64,000 nt of DNA from a candidate division WOR-3 bacterium (GTDB lineage Bacteria > Hydrothermota > Tepidihabitantia > B3-TA06), in NCBI GenBank assembly GCA_965649265.1, contig CBFGKC010000009.1, forward strand, positions 1-64,000, given 5' to 3'. The notes beneath the pieces are model-generated. The model was not told where the DNA came from, ran no database searches, and was given only the letters and a program-made list of their open reading frames with translations. Numbering within the stretch: position 1 is the stretch's first letter; every line of letters starts with the position of its first letter. Position numbers and translations under genes: made by a program. Shown piece after piece: positions 48,727 to 59,049 of this stretch.

Positions 48727-49719
48727 ATGATTCGTCTAGGAGTAATAGGAGCAGGGTACTGGGGGCCGAATTTAATACGCAATTTTGCGGTCTTGAAAAA
48801 CGTTTCGCTTGAAAAAATCTCCGACCTCGATCAGACGGTCATCGACAAAATAAAGCCTGACTATCCCAATACGGCTTTTACGAAAGATGCAGCCGAGCTT
48901 TTTGATTCCGATCTCGACGCCATTTGCGTGGCAACGAGCGCGCCGACTCATTATGAACTCGCCAAAAAGGCGCTGGAGGCAGGAAAGCATGTCTTTTGCG
49001 AAAAACCCCTGACCCTCAAATCGAACCAGGCCAAAGAACTTGTGGAGCTTGCCGAAAAGAAAAATCGCAGACTCATGGTCGGCCACCTTATGCTCTATCA
49101 TCCCGCGGTGAGGAAGTTGAGAGAGCTCATAGAGCAGGGAAAACTCGGCGACGTTTTTTACGTCAACTCCATGAGGGTGAATCTGGGAATAGCGCGCTCG
49201 AACGAAAACGCGTTGTGGAGCCTTGCCCCTCACGATATCTCCATAATACTCTACCTTTTCGGTTCGAACCTGCCCGTGGGTGTCTCGGCTACAGGCAAGG
49301 ATTTCTTAACAAGGGGGGTGGAGGATATAGTTTTTGCGTCACTGTTTTTTAACGGCAATCAGATCGCTCACACAAGGGTTTCCTGGCTCGATCCTGAAAA
49401 GATTCGCAGGGTAAAGGTCACGGGCTCCCGCGGTATCGCAATCTTTGACGACGTCGGAAAGGATTCCGTAGTCCAGTTTCACGAAGACTGGATTGAGCCG
49501 AAAGGAAACGGTGTATTCACTAATCACAAGAGCAAAACACCAGAGATTTTTGAGCTTGAAAAAGTTGAGCCCCTTAAGTTGGAATGCGAGCACTTTGTAG
49601 AGTGCGTAATCCACGGAAAGAAACCTTTAACGGACGGCCAGAATGGCCTGAACGTTGTATCTATTCTGGAACGTGCCGAGGAATCTTTGAAAGAAAAAGG
49701 AGCATACAAGTCGCTATGA
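48727..49719 (+). CDS. Gfo/Idh/MocA oxidoreductase (WbpB-like sugar 3-dehydrogenase)
   Basis: GAGYWG, CEKP and LAPHD motifs; context with an acetyltransferase and an aminotransferase. Confidence 0.88.
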   Translation: MIRLGVIGAGYWGPNLIRNFAVLKNVSLEKISDLDQTVIDKIKPDYPNTAFTKDAAELFDSDLDAICVATSAPTHYELAKKALEAGKHVFCEKPLTLKSNQAKELVELAEKKNRRLMVGHLMLYHPAVRKLRELIEQGKLGDVFYVNSMRVNLGIARSNENALWSLAPHDISIILYLFGSNLPVGVSATGKDFLTRGVEDIVFASLFFNGNQIAHTRVSWLDPEKIRRVKVTGSRGIAIFDDVGKDSVVQFHEDWIEPKGNGVFTNHKSKTPEIFELEKVEPLKLECEHFVECVIHGKKPLTDGQNGLNVVSILERAEESLKEKGAYKSL

Positions 49720-50300
49720 ACGAGAAGAAATACTTCGTCCACCCGACCGCGATTGTGGACGAACCTTGCGATATCGGCGAAGGCACAAAGATATGGCACT
49801 TCAGCCATATATCTAGCGGAGCAAAGATAGGCGAACGTTGCAGTTTCGGGCAGAATGTTTACGTCGCCTCGAGGGTAGTCGTCGGGAACAACTGCAAGGT
49901 TCAGAACAACGTCAGCATTTACGATCTCGTGACGCTTGAGGACAACGTCTTCTGCGGACCGAGTTGCGTGTTCACCAACGATATGAACCCCCGCGCGGCC
50001 TATCCAAAGGGCGGCGTGTGGATACCTACACTGGTCAAGGAAGGAGCCTCGATAGGCGCCAACTCGACAATCGTTTGCGGCACGACCCTGGGTAAATGGT
50101 GCTTTATCGGCGCAGGCGCCGTTGTCGCAAAGGACGTGGTCGATTACGCGGTAATGGTCGGCGTCCCGGCAAAGCGAATCGGCTGGATGTGTGAGTGCGG
50201 CCAGCGCATGGATTTTGGTAATAAGGATACCTTTGTGTGTTCCGAACGCTGCAAGGGCACCTACAAACTCGAAGGCGACATCGTAAGGAGGATAAAGTGA
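49716..50300 (+). CDS. Hexapeptide-repeat N-acetyltransferase (WbpD-like)
   Basis: HPTAIVD, TKIWHFSH, QNNVSIY, VFTND and GWMCECG motifs; ATGA overlap at 49716. Confidence 0.9.
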   Translation: MNEKKYFVHPTAIVDEPCDIGEGTKIWHFSHISSGAKIGERCSFGQNVYVASRVVVGNNCKVQNNVSIYDLVTLEDNVFCGPSCVFTNDMNPRAAYPKGGVWIPTLVKEGASIGANSTIVCGTTLGKWCFIGAGAVVAKDVVDYAVMVGVPAKRIGWMCECGQRMDFGNKDTFVCSERCKGTYKLEGDIVRRIK

Positions 50301-51397
50301 AGGTTCCGGCAATAGACATGTGGGCTCATCACGAACCTCTGCTTCCTGAGTTCAAGGAAGCGCTCGAACGCGTCGTACGCGCAGGCGATTTCATCCTGGG
50401 TAAGGAGGAGAAGGAGTTCGAGGCCGAATGCGTGAAATACCTCGACGTCAAATACGCCATAGGAGTAGGCAACGGCACGGACGCGCTTGCCATATGCTTG
50501 CGAGCGCTCGATGTGGGGCCGGGAGATGAGGTAATAACCTCCCCCTTCACCTTCATCGCGACCGCTGAGGTGATTGTCGCCTTAGGAGCCAAGCCTGTTT
50601 TTGTTGACATTAATCCGGACACCTTCAATATCGATCCCGCAAAGATTGAGGCGGCCATTACAAAAAAGACGAAGGTCATTCTGCCTGTCCATCTTTACGG
50701 CCAGGCCGCCGAGATGGACTCGATTATCGAGATCGCAAGAAAACACGGCCTTAAGACACTGGAGGACGCAGCCCAGGCGTTCGGAACGACCTACAGAGGC
50801 AAGAAAGTGGCCGGACTCGGCGATTTGACCATCTTCTCGTTCTTTCCTACAAAGAACCTCGGCGCACTTGGCGACGGCGGACTCATCACGACGGCAGACG
50901 ACGGGTTATACGAGAAATGCCGCCTGATAAGGGTTCACGGGGCACCCAAGAAGTACTATCACACCCTTATCGGACAAAATTCAAGACTCGATACCTTGCA
51001 GGCCGCTTTTTTGAGGATAAAACTCAACCACATCGACCGCTACAACTCGACCAGAGCGAAAAACGCGGAAGCTTACAACAAGGAACTCGCGGACGTGGTC
51101 AAGGTGCCCGTGACTCACAAGGACTCGAACCACATCTATCACCAGTACACCGTTCGCACGCCTAAGCGCGACGCCCTGATAGAGTATCTCAAGCAGGCCG
51201 AGGTCGGCACCGGTGTGCACTACCCCTACCCGCTGCACCGCCAGCCCGTACTCGAGTATCTTGGACTCGCGGAAGGCTCGTTCCCGGAATCCGAGAAAGC
51301 GGCAAAAGAGGTCGTATCGCTTCCCTGCTACCCGGAGATGAGTGCCGATCAGCGCTCGTGGGTTATCGCCAAGATTCGGGAGTTTTTCGCAAAGTAG
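50297..51397 (+). CDS. DegT/DnrJ/EryC1/StrS aminotransferase (WbpE-like)
   Basis: NGTDAL, EDAAQA, SFFPTKNLG and NSRLDTLQAA motifs; GTGA overlap at 50297. Confidence 0.93.
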   Translation: MKVPAIDMWAHHEPLLPEFKEALERVVRAGDFILGKEEKEFEAECVKYLDVKYAIGVGNGTDALAICLRALDVGPGDEVITSPFTFIATAEVIVALGAKPVFVDINPDTFNIDPAKIEAAITKKTKVILPVHLYGQAAEMDSIIEIARKHGLKTLEDAAQAFGTTYRGKKVAGLGDLTIFSFFPTKNLGALGDGGLITTADDGLYEKCRLIRVHGAPKKYYHTLIGQNSRLDTLQAAFLRIKLNHIDRYNSTRAKNAEAYNKELADVVKVPVTHKDSNHIYHQYTVRTPKRDALIEYLKQAEVGTGVHYPYPLHRQPVLEYLGLAEGSFPESEKAAKEVVSLPCYPEMSADQRSWVIAKIREFFAK

Positions 51398-51400
51398 CCG

Positions 51401-52225
51401 ATGGCCTTCTGGTACGCCCGGGGGGGTCTCCCCCCTGCACGAGTGACGATTCTTGGCGTACCGCTGGAGCAAACGACCACCGGCGTGCCCGGCACGAGGC
51501 TGGGTCCGGACAGGATAAGGCAGTTCTCGGAGAATGTGGAAAGCTACAGCCCGTATTTCAGGAAAGATCTGGCTGATTATTCCGTTTCGGACGCGGGAAA
51601 CCTCGAGTTCGACTATCTGCCGACGATTGAAGAGAAGCTTGACCTGATTGGTGAAAGAATCACGGACAATCTCAAACAGAAAAGCAAGGTACTTATCGTA
51701 GGCGGCGAACACACGCTCACGCTCGGAGCTGTCCGGGCGATGGTTTCGCGATATCACGACCTTGCAATATTGCAGTTGGACGCACACGCGGACTTGAGAG
51801 AGATCGGCGAATCGGGATCCCTGACCGCGCACGACACCGTGATGCGGAGAGCTAAGGAGCTTCTTAGACCCGACTCCCTTGTGCAGACCGGCATTCGCTC
51901 CATGGCCAGAGACGAAGCGGCGCTTTCTGAATCGATGACTATGAATATGGCAGATGTCGAAGGCATACGCAAGAGGCTCGGCAAAAGACCCGTTTGGTTG
52001 ACGTTGGACCTTGACGTGCTCGATCCTTCTGTAATGCCCGCGGTCGGCACTCCTGAACCAATGGGTGCAAACTACAGGGAGGTTATCGAACTTCTCGTAG
52101 GACTCAATGAACTCAACTTCGTCGGCGCCGACATTGTCGAATTCAATCCCCTCGCGGCCGATTTCGCCGCGCCCGCGATTGTCGCGGCAAATCTGGTCCG
52201 GGAAGTCTGCTGTCTCCTGGCCTGA
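51401..52225 (+). CDS. speB: Agmatinase
   Basis: GGEH, LDAHADL, DLDVLDP, GTPEP and DIVEFNP motifs. Confidence 0.88.
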   Translation: MAFWYARGGLPPARVTILGVPLEQTTTGVPGTRLGPDRIRQFSENVESYSPYFRKDLADYSVSDAGNLEFDYLPTIEEKLDLIGERITDNLKQKSKVLIVGGEHTLTLGAVRAMVSRYHDLAILQLDAHADLREIGESGSLTAHDTVMRRAKELLRPDSLVQTGIRSMARDEAALSESMTMNMADVEGIRKRLGKRPVWLTLDLDVLDPSVMPAVGTPEPMGANYREVIELLVGLNELNFVGADIVEFNPLAADFAAPAIVAANLVREVCCLLA

Positions 52226-52366
52226 CCCGCCCCGGGGGACTAGATGACAAGTCAGAAGAGTGAATTCGATCCTTTAGACTCAGATAATCCAGCAGATAAA
52301 ATCAATCCAGATTGAAACCTACTCCTGTGAAATTGCGATCTTTTTGCCGCCAGGCAAAAAGGAGCA

Positions 52367-53887
52367 CTACTTTAGCTCCTCCAGCAGCCACTCGAGCTTG
52401 TCGTACATCTCTTCGGCCGAACCCTTGCCGGGTGCAAACCCGACGTGCGTGAAGCGGATGTTGCCCTTTTTATCCATGATGAACATGCTGGGCACGCCCG
52501 TGACCGCGTAAAGCTTACTGACCTCGGAAGAACCGACGAGACACGGATAGGTCCAGCCGTACTGGCTGAGTGTCAGGGAGATATCTTCGGACGTGTTGTT
52601 CCAGCTTTCGATTCCGTAGATGTATAGGTCGTTCTTGTGAGCCTGGTAGAAGCGCTCGATGACGGGCATAAGCTGGTAGCAGGGTCCACAGCCTATTCCC
52701 CAGAAATCGAGAAGCACCACCTTGCCGCGCAGACGCGAGAGTTTGACCGTGTCGCCTGTGATTGAAACGAGGGTGAAGTCCGGAGCAGGCGTTGATGTCG
52801 AAGCAAGGCTGTCCTTCATCACCTTTCGGCCGTTCTCCTTCATTCTCGAAAGAACTTCCTGCATTTTTTGATCGGAAAGGAGTGATTCGAATTCCTTCTG
52901 ATCAGTAAGATACCCGTATGCGGAAAAGCCGCTATCGGCCATCCTTGAGATTATGGCAAGAGCATTATTTGCATTCCCTTGCGAAGCTTCGAAACAAGCC
53001 CTGTCCAAAAGAACCGTTTCCTGACCACTTGCGCCCGCAAAGGCGTCCATCAAATCGAGATAATGCCGGGCGCTGTCCAACTCTCCTGCCTCACGAAAGG
53101 CCTTGTAGCATCTTTCAGCGCCCCACATTAGATCGTTCAGAACGCCCTCATTATCTTTTCTCATGGACGAAATTGACATCGACTGGAGTTCAGCGAGTTT
53201 TGCCTTGTCCTTTACCTGGTCGGAAAGACGCTCCGCGGCGAATGAGACATTCTGGACAGACAAGTAATGAGGAGCAAATTTGCACGCCTGTATCCCCGTT
53301 TCAACGAACTCATCCGGCTTCTTCGTGTAGTAATAGAGTATGGCAAGGTCGTAATAGGAATCAAAGAGTCCGGGATCTATCTCGATAGCCTTCTTGTAAG
53401 CCTTTTCGGCCTCATCGTAGCGTTCCAGGTCGGAGAGAGACGAGGCTTTCAGATAGTACCCCCAGTACGATTTGCCGTCACTCTTTATCGCCTTCTCGGC
53501 GAACTCGAGCCCCTTCTCCGGGTCGTTCAAAACCCTTGCATAGAGGTAGGCATAGCTTGCGGATTTCGGGTTTGCCTCGTAAAGCGACTTGTAATGGTTG
53601 ATAAGCGAGTCCCTTATCGGCTGCTTGTCGATTTTAAGCGTCCGGTCATTCAACTTTCCGGTTGTCAGATCCTGGAGCTGCTCCTCGAATCTGACTGATT
53701 CGGGATACTTCTCCCGGGCTTTGCCGATGATTGACTTTCCTGCCTGGATGAAATCGTCCCAGTCAAAATAGTCACTCGTCCACATAACCTGTTTGAGGTT
53801 CCATATGGATGCTATCACCTGCTTTTCGACCTCCAGCTGGGCCTGGGCGGGCGAAAGTACCGCAAAGAGTATGCTTGAGAGAATCAT
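52367..53887 (-). CDS. TPR-containing TlpA-like thiol:disulfide oxidoreductase, probably exported
   Basis: TPR helices, APDFTL, LDFWGIGCGPC (CxxC) and GVPS motifs; AGGAGG SD before 53890/53887. Confidence 0.85.
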   Translation of the reverse strand: MILSSILFAVLSPAQAQLEVEKQVIASIWNLKQVMWTSDYFDWDDFIQAGKSIIGKAREKYPESVRFEEQLQDLTTGKLNDRTLKIDKQPIRDSLINHYKSLYEANPKSASYAYLYARVLNDPEKGLEFAEKAIKSDGKSYWGYYLKASSLSDLERYDEAEKAYKKAIEIDPGLFDSYYDLAILYYYTKKPDEFVETGIQACKFAPHYLSVQNVSFAAERLSDQVKDKAKLAELQSMSISSMRKDNEGVLNDLMWGAERCYKAFREAGELDSARHYLDLMDAFAGASGQETVLLDRACFEASQGNANNALAIISRMADSGFSAYGYLTDQKEFESLLSDQKMQEVLSRMKENGRKVMKDSLASTSTPAPDFTLVSITGDTVKLSRLRGKVVLLDFWGIGCGPCYQLMPVIERFYQAHKNDLYIYGIESWNNTSEDISLTLSQYGWTYPCLVGSSEVSKLYAVTGVPSMFIMDKKGNIRFTHVGFAPGKGSAEEMYDKLEWLLEELK

Positions 53888-54025
53888 CACTCCTCCTTTC
53901 TCAAGGTTATTATTTAGTAAAAGGATGCGGAAGGATATACTCGAGTTGTACTTTGTCAACGTCCGAGTAACGCGCTGTAATTGAATAGGTTTCGATAACG
54001 GGCTTCGTGTTTTATTGGGGGTTTG

Positions 54026-54394
54026 TTATTCTTCGATAACGGCGATCGCGGTAGCGTACTCCTTGAGGTGGGAGATTGAAATATGCGCCTTCATTTTTCC
54101 CATGAACTCGGCAACCCTGCCCGAAATCTTGATCGTGGGACGGGAAAGTTCGTTATCTATTATCTCGACCTCGGTCCATTTAACCCCGCGCGAGTAGCCG
54201 GTTCCGAGCGCCTTGAGCACGGCCTCCTTTGCCGCCCAGCGCGCGGCAAGTCTTTCGGAAGGATCCTTGTGCTTCATGCAAAACTCTATCTCGCGTTCGG
54301 TGTAGACACCCTTCACAAACCTGGCCCCCAGCTTATGATAGGCTTTGCGTATCCGCTCGACCTCGATGATATCTATGCCTACTCCGAATATCAT
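54026..54394 (-). CDS. acpS: Holo-ACP synthase
   Basis: GVGIDI, AARWAAKEA..KALGTG and ISISH motifs. Confidence 0.96.
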   Translation of the reverse strand: MIFGVGIDIIEVERIRKAYHKLGARFVKGVYTEREIEFCMKHKDPSERLAARWAAKEAVLKALGTGYSRGVKWTEVEIIDNELSRPTIKISGRVAEFMGKMKAHISISHLKEYATAIAVIEE

Positions 54395-54451
54395 GGATGG
54401 ATAATAGAAGAGTGGACCCGTAAAGTCAAGGTGAACACGAGTACGTCAGGC

Positions 54452-57400
54452 TCAACGCTCGAGGTTTCTTAGATACACGATGAGCTTTTCGTTCGTCCCG
54501 CCCTCGCCGTCGTAAAACATATTGATTATGGGCACGTTGAACTCCTCCTGGACGCGCTTGAACAGGGCGGTCGTCTGGGTACCCGGCATGCACGTAAAGG
54601 GCGAGACGTTGACGACCAGAGACGCCTTGTTTTCGACCGCGAAAGCAACCGCTCTCCCAAGGGTCAGGACAGCCTCCGTTCCGCACTCAAAAGGCATGTA
54701 GCGTTCCGTATATTCCCTTATTTGATCGAGCGAGGGCTCGATGCGATCCGAAAGCAAGTCTGCAGCCCGGCGGTAGAACCTTTTCTCGCTTGAGTGCGTG
54801 ATGAGTCCGGTAACCTTGCCGGACAGGAAACTCCTGGCGTTCTTCTGTCTTCGGGCCCTCACTATCTGGGAATAGACTGAGTAGGAAAGGAATTCAGCCG
54901 CAGGGGTAAGCCAGACCTCCCCCCCCTCCTGTTCGATAGTTTCTAAAAGATCTTCGTTCGAGAAAGGATCGCACCGCACGTAAATCTCACCTACCACGCC
55001 TACAAGCGGTTTTCTTTCCCGGTGGTCGAGAGGTATTTCCCGGAATTCCCCGACAATCTTCCGGAATGTCTTTTCATGAGTACCTTCTTCAATGGCTTGC
55101 TCGAGAAGGGCTACGGCTTCGAAGAAAGTCTCTACGGTCTGGCCCGCGTTTTTTTCGTAAGGTTTTACCTTGCATCTCAGTTTCGTGAGGATATCGGAAT
55201 AAAGACTCGCTTTCCAGAGGTCGAGCCTCAGACTCTGGCTGAGCCCCGCGTATGAGTTGTACGACGATGGATTGATTATCGCCACTTGCTCGAATCCTTC
55301 GCGGTCGAGGATTATGCGGTGCAGGTTGACGTACTGGCCGAACCGGCAGGGCCCGTCCGATGAAGGCATGAAGAAAGCCTGCTTGCCGGGTTCCAGATTC
55401 TTTTCGCGGAGCGTTTTCACGAAGGTTCCTATGGTGACGACTGCGGGCATACACTCCTTGCCTGACGTCATGGATTTGCCGATATTCATGGCTGCCCAGT
55501 CGGGCGAAGGCAACACCTCCGCATCGAGCCCGTATTTCTTGAACACCGACGCGAAGAAGCGCGAGCCTACGGGGTGCATGGGAGGAACCCACACCTTGCG
55601 GTGGTCGTAATCCGGAATCGTTCTGCCCCAGGCTGGAAGCTCGAAAACTTTTCGAGGCCGGGGTTTGTACGATTCTATGGCTTCCCTGAACGCCTCGATG
55701 CGGGTAGTGTAACCGCCGGGGCTCGAGTGCTCGTCAACCTCGAGAATCATGAAAGGCTTGCCCTTCATGACCTGCTCGGCCAGCGTTACGAGACAAGAAT
55801 CCGGGCCGCAGGCAAAATGGGTAACGTATATGGGAAAAAGATCCGGATGCTCGCTGGCATACTTGAGCGCGTTCAATATGGTCTGACCGTAATCCCAGAA
55901 GATGCGGTGTTCCTGCCAGCGGATGTTTTCATCCACGGGAATGAAGTCCGCCGGAAAAACAGGCATATCGAGTACTCTCGATATCTCGAGGCCAAGGTTG
56001 GATGAAATCTTGGAATCGTAAAGGCTGTAAGGCCTTCCCACAAGCACAATGCCTTTGCCTTCGAGCAAGGAGAGAGCCTTCTCCCCCTCCTCCCTCAGAG
56101 CCTTGCTGAACAGGGCATGCGACTTCCAGCCGCTTTCCCACGCTCGCTTTACGTCAGCTCTGGAGCAGCCCGTTTTCGGGGCAAGGGATTCGTAAAGCTC
56201 CTTCAGGTTCTCCTCCTCGCTCCATGTCACGTCAATCAAGGGGGAGATTACTCTTTCGGAAGAATACCAGGGCGACGAAGAGGCAAGGGTGGGAAACATG
56301 TTAGCGTAAGGGCAAACATGGGAGTAGTACTCGCCCTTGTTCATAATCAGCATATGCGGCAGAAAGATGAAATCGGTGTTCATGCGCGACATTTTCTCGA
56401 TGTGCCCGTGAACGACCTTCACGGGCAGGCAGAAATCGGCAGAGGACATTCTCGTTCCTCTCTCGATGATGCTCTCATCCGTCGTGCCGGTGGTCTGAAC
56501 TCCCAGCCCGAGTTCGGCAAAAAACCCTCTCCAGAAAGGAAGATAGGTGTGGAAACCGAGGACCATGGGTATGCCGACCGTTCTTGTGAATTGTCCGTTC
56601 GAGAGCCCCTCTCCTGAAGAATTCCGAGAGCCGGTTCCGGGAGATTTTTGGAGGAGATTTCTACGAATCTCGAAAAGCCCGTAATTTGCATCCCTGCGCA
56701 CCGTTTTTGAATCAGGCTCCTTGCCGCACATGTATCCCCAGGAGGGCTTCTCTTCCACGCCCTCGATATCGGCAGACGTTATCGTGCAGTGATTGACACA
56801 GCAGGGACAATCACTGGATGACACCTCGATCTTGCGTTTATATAGATCGATGCCTCGAAACTTGGTTTTATCGAGCCTCTTTTCCATTGCAGCCAGAGCG
56901 GCGCCGTAGGCTCCGAGAACGTGGCAGTAGGGCGAAACGAGTATCTCTTTGCCGAGATAGTTTTCGAACGCGGCAACCAGACCTATGTTGCGGGCCGTTG
57001 CTCCCTGAAAGGTTATCTTACCCTGAATGGGACGGTTTTCGACGACTTTCGTGAGGTAGTTTTGCACAACCGAAAAGAGCACGGCGGCCATTGCCTCATC
57101 CCTCGAGAATCCTTTCTTAAGAAGCCTTTCGACATCCTCCTCCATGAAAACCGTGCAGCGGTCGGATGTGTACGGAGCCTTCTTTCCAAGCGCGCGAGGT
57201 CCGCTCTCGGCAAGCGAGATACCCAGCTTTGAGGCCTGCTCCTCGACGAAGGAACCGGTTCCTGCGGCGCAGACGTAGTTCAGGTTCGATTCCACAATGT
57301 TGCCGTCTTCCAGACGTATGTATTTCGAGTCCTGACCGCCTATCTCGAAAATGGTCTTGATGGCCGGATCAAGCTTGAGAGCCCCCCTGGCGTGGGCGGA

Positions 57401-58747
57401 TATCTCGTTGATTATCACGTCGGCGCCAATGACCAGCCCCGAGATCCTGCGGCCTGAGCCCGTCGTAGCCGCGCCCTTTATTTCCGGGTTTATCCGGTAC
57501 TTCAGGCAGAACGCCTCGACAGCCCTGAGAATAAGGGTAGTGGCGCCTGTCGGATCGCCCAGGGTCTTGCGATAAAAATCGGCCGTGATTTCACGCGAAG
57601 AGTCCACGAGCACAGCCTTCGTGCTGGTGGAACCAACGTCGAGGCCGAAAAAAAAGACGCAATCGAGAGGTTCCTTGACGACCCTCACCTCGGTCTGATT
57701 CTCATCGGTCCATGATTCCAGTGCGGCAAAGTCAGGGTACTTTGACAGCCTCAGCGCCAGCGCGGGTCTCACCGATCCTTCGCCATCACCGCTCGTTTTT
57801 TTATAGAGCCCGGCGGAAATCGAGGATGCGCTCTCCCCCTCCCCCCCGTTCCGGTTCTTTGATGCGCCGCCGAAATCCAGATCCCGTGAGTTCACCGCGG
57901 TGTTTGAAAGAAGCGCGGCTCCCACGGCCGATGCCAATCGAGCATCGGGAAGAACGTCTATTTCAACGCCAAGTGATCTTTGCAGCCATTCCATGACCCA
58001 GCGATTCCGGCCTACCCCCCCCGCAACCACCGTCTTACCGGAGAGCTTTCTCCCGCGCAGAAGCGTTTGAACGAGATTGGCGGCCATGCCGCGGCACAAA
58101 CCATTCCACATCTCTTCCTTTGAATACCCTTCCTGCTGGCGATGAATGAGATCGGTCTTTGCAAAAACCGCGCACCTGGCCGCGACCCGCGGCGGATTCT
58201 CGATGAACCTGAACCCCTCGATATCGGTGAAAGAAAGATCGAGCCGCTGTCTCTGCTGATCGAGAAATGAACCCGTTCCCGCTGCGCAAAGCGCGTTCTG
58301 GGCAAAATCCTTGAAGACGCCGTCGTTGAGTTCGATGAGTCTTGCCCCCTTGGCTCCGATATCTATGATGTTCATGGAATCGGGGGCGAATTCATTTGTA
58401 AAATGAATGAGAGCTTTTACCGAATCGGTCGAAGGAAACCCGAAAACCTTCTCAAGCAGTTGTGAATAAAAGCCCGTAAAGCCGGCGACTACCGATCCAT
58501 CCAGAAGCTCCGACAAAAAAAACTCTTCGATTTTCTTCAAAGGATCGCCGAAATGCGGCTTGTATAAAAAACGCTTTACATTGCCGCCGGCATCGGCAAG
58601 AATTATCTTCAGGTAGATGGAACCGGCATCTATGCCCACTTTCGGCAAATTATCAATAATATCTATGTCCTTCCTAAAGTTTGAACTGGATTTGCCGCTC
58701 CGGAGATCAGCTCCTTGATATCGAATCTTAAGCATTTTGGAAGGCAT
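54452..58747 (-). CDS. Fused acyl-CoA dehydratase activase (2x BadF/BcrA ATPase, DUF2229 and dehydratase-like domains); start uncertain
   Basis: GIDAGS, CAAGTGSF twice, GLDVGSTSTK, EIGGQDSK, CLPVK..HGH, FACGPD, GPCRFGQY and PFTCMP motifs. Confidence 0.9.
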   Translation of the reverse strand: MPSKMLKIRYQGADLRSGKSSSNFRKDIDIIDNLPKVGIDAGSIYLKIILADAGGNVKRFLYKPHFGDPLKKIEEFFLSELLDGSVVAGFTGFYSQLLEKVFGFPSTDSVKALIHFTNEFAPDSMNIIDIGAKGARLIELNDGVFKDFAQNALCAAGTGSFLDQQRQRLDLSFTDIEGFRFIENPPRVAARCAVFAKTDLIHRQQEGYSKEEMWNGLCRGMAANLVQTLLRGRKLSGKTVVAGGVGRNRWVMEWLQRSLGVEIDVLPDARLASAVGAALLSNTAVNSRDLDFGGASKNRNGGEGESASSISAGLYKKTSGDGEGSVRPALALRLSKYPDFAALESWTDENQTEVRVVKEPLDCVFFFGLDVGSTSTKAVLVDSSREITADFYRKTLGDPTGATTLILRAVEAFCLKYRINPEIKGAATTGSGRRISGLVIGADVIINEISAHARGALKLDPAIKTIFEIGGQDSKYIRLEDGNIVESNLNYVCAAGTGSFVEEQASKLGISLAESGPRALGKKAPYTSDRCTVFMEEDVERLLKKGFSRDEAMAAVLFSVVQNYLTKVVENRPIQGKITFQGATARNIGLVAAFENYLGKEILVSPYCHVLGAYGAALAAMEKRLDKTKFRGIDLYKRKIEVSSSDCPCCVNHCTITSADIEGVEEKPSWGYMCGKEPDSKTVRRDANYGLFEIRRNLLQKSPGTGSRNSSGEGLSNGQFTRTVGIPMVLGFHTYLPFWRGFFAELGLGVQTTGTTDESIIERGTRMSSADFCLPVKVVHGHIEKMSRMNTDFIFLPHMLIMNKGEYYSHVCPYANMFPTLASSSPWYSSERVISPLIDVTWSEEENLKELYESLAPKTGCSRADVKRAWESGWKSHALFSKALREEGEKALSLLEGKGIVLVGRPYSLYDSKISSNLGLEISRVLDMPVFPADFIPVDENIRWQEHRIFWDYGQTILNALKYASEHPDLFPIYVTHFACGPDSCLVTLAEQVMKGKPFMILEVDEHSSPGGYTTRIEAFREAIESYKPRPRKVFELPAWGRTIPDYDHRKVWVPPMHPVGSRFFASVFKKYGLDAEVLPSPDWAAMNIGKSMTSGKECMPAVVTIGTFVKTLREKNLEPGKQAFFMPSSDGPCRFGQYVNLHRIILDREGFEQVAIINPSSYNSYAGLSQSLRLDLWKASLYSDILTKLRCKVKPYEKNAGQTVETFFEAVALLEQAIEEGTHEKTFRKIVGEFREIPLDHRERKPLVGVVGEIYVRCDPFSNEDLLETIEQEGGEVWLTPAAEFLSYSVYSQIVRARRQKNARSFLSGKVTGLITHSSEKRFYRRAADLLSDRIEPSLDQIREYTERYMPFECGTEAVLTLGRAVAFAVENKASLVVNVSPFTCMPGTQTTALFKRVQEEFNVPIINMFYDGEGGTNEKLIVYLRNLER

Positions 58748-58960
58748 GTCAAACCGTTATCCGCAGGGATCGTCGAGTAACCGGTCAATTCCACCTTTCC
58801 AGGACATTTTCGAACCGCCATTTTTACATGGTGAGTGTTATTTTTGCAATAATGGAAATAAAAAAAACTCAGGTGACTTCATAGAAACCATTTTCACTGG
58901 AAATCAGGGAACGATTTTGACCGGCTTTTTTCTCAAAAAAACACCCGAAAAACCTCGATT

Positions 58961-59004
58961 TGTCCATCTTTTGACCATCTTCTGTCCAACTTATGTCCTA
59001 CTTA
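58961..59004. repeat. Four direct repeats with an exact 11-bp period
   Basis: TGTCCATCTT, TGACCATCTT, TGTCCAACTT and TGTCCTACTT start at 58961, 58972, 58983 and 58994. Confidence 0.75.
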
Positions 59005-59049
59005 GTTATCCACATTTTTGACGCGTTCGATTAATCCTGACCTCCTTTT

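Noticed and set aside
56580-57890. Gly/Ser-rich stretches in the activase (about 56580-56660 and 57770-57890) as further in-frame elements
   Set aside because: They fall at domain boundaries and show no clear match to families A, B or C; ordinary linkers explain them.
58825-58849. GTGTTATTTTT...ATGGAAAT resembling the start of the 82-bp core
   Set aside because: The match is too short and AT-rich, and the rest of the core is absent.
58750-59020. Replication origin
   Set aside because: There is only one perfect and one near-match DnaA box, and no dnaA, dnaN or gidA neighbours.
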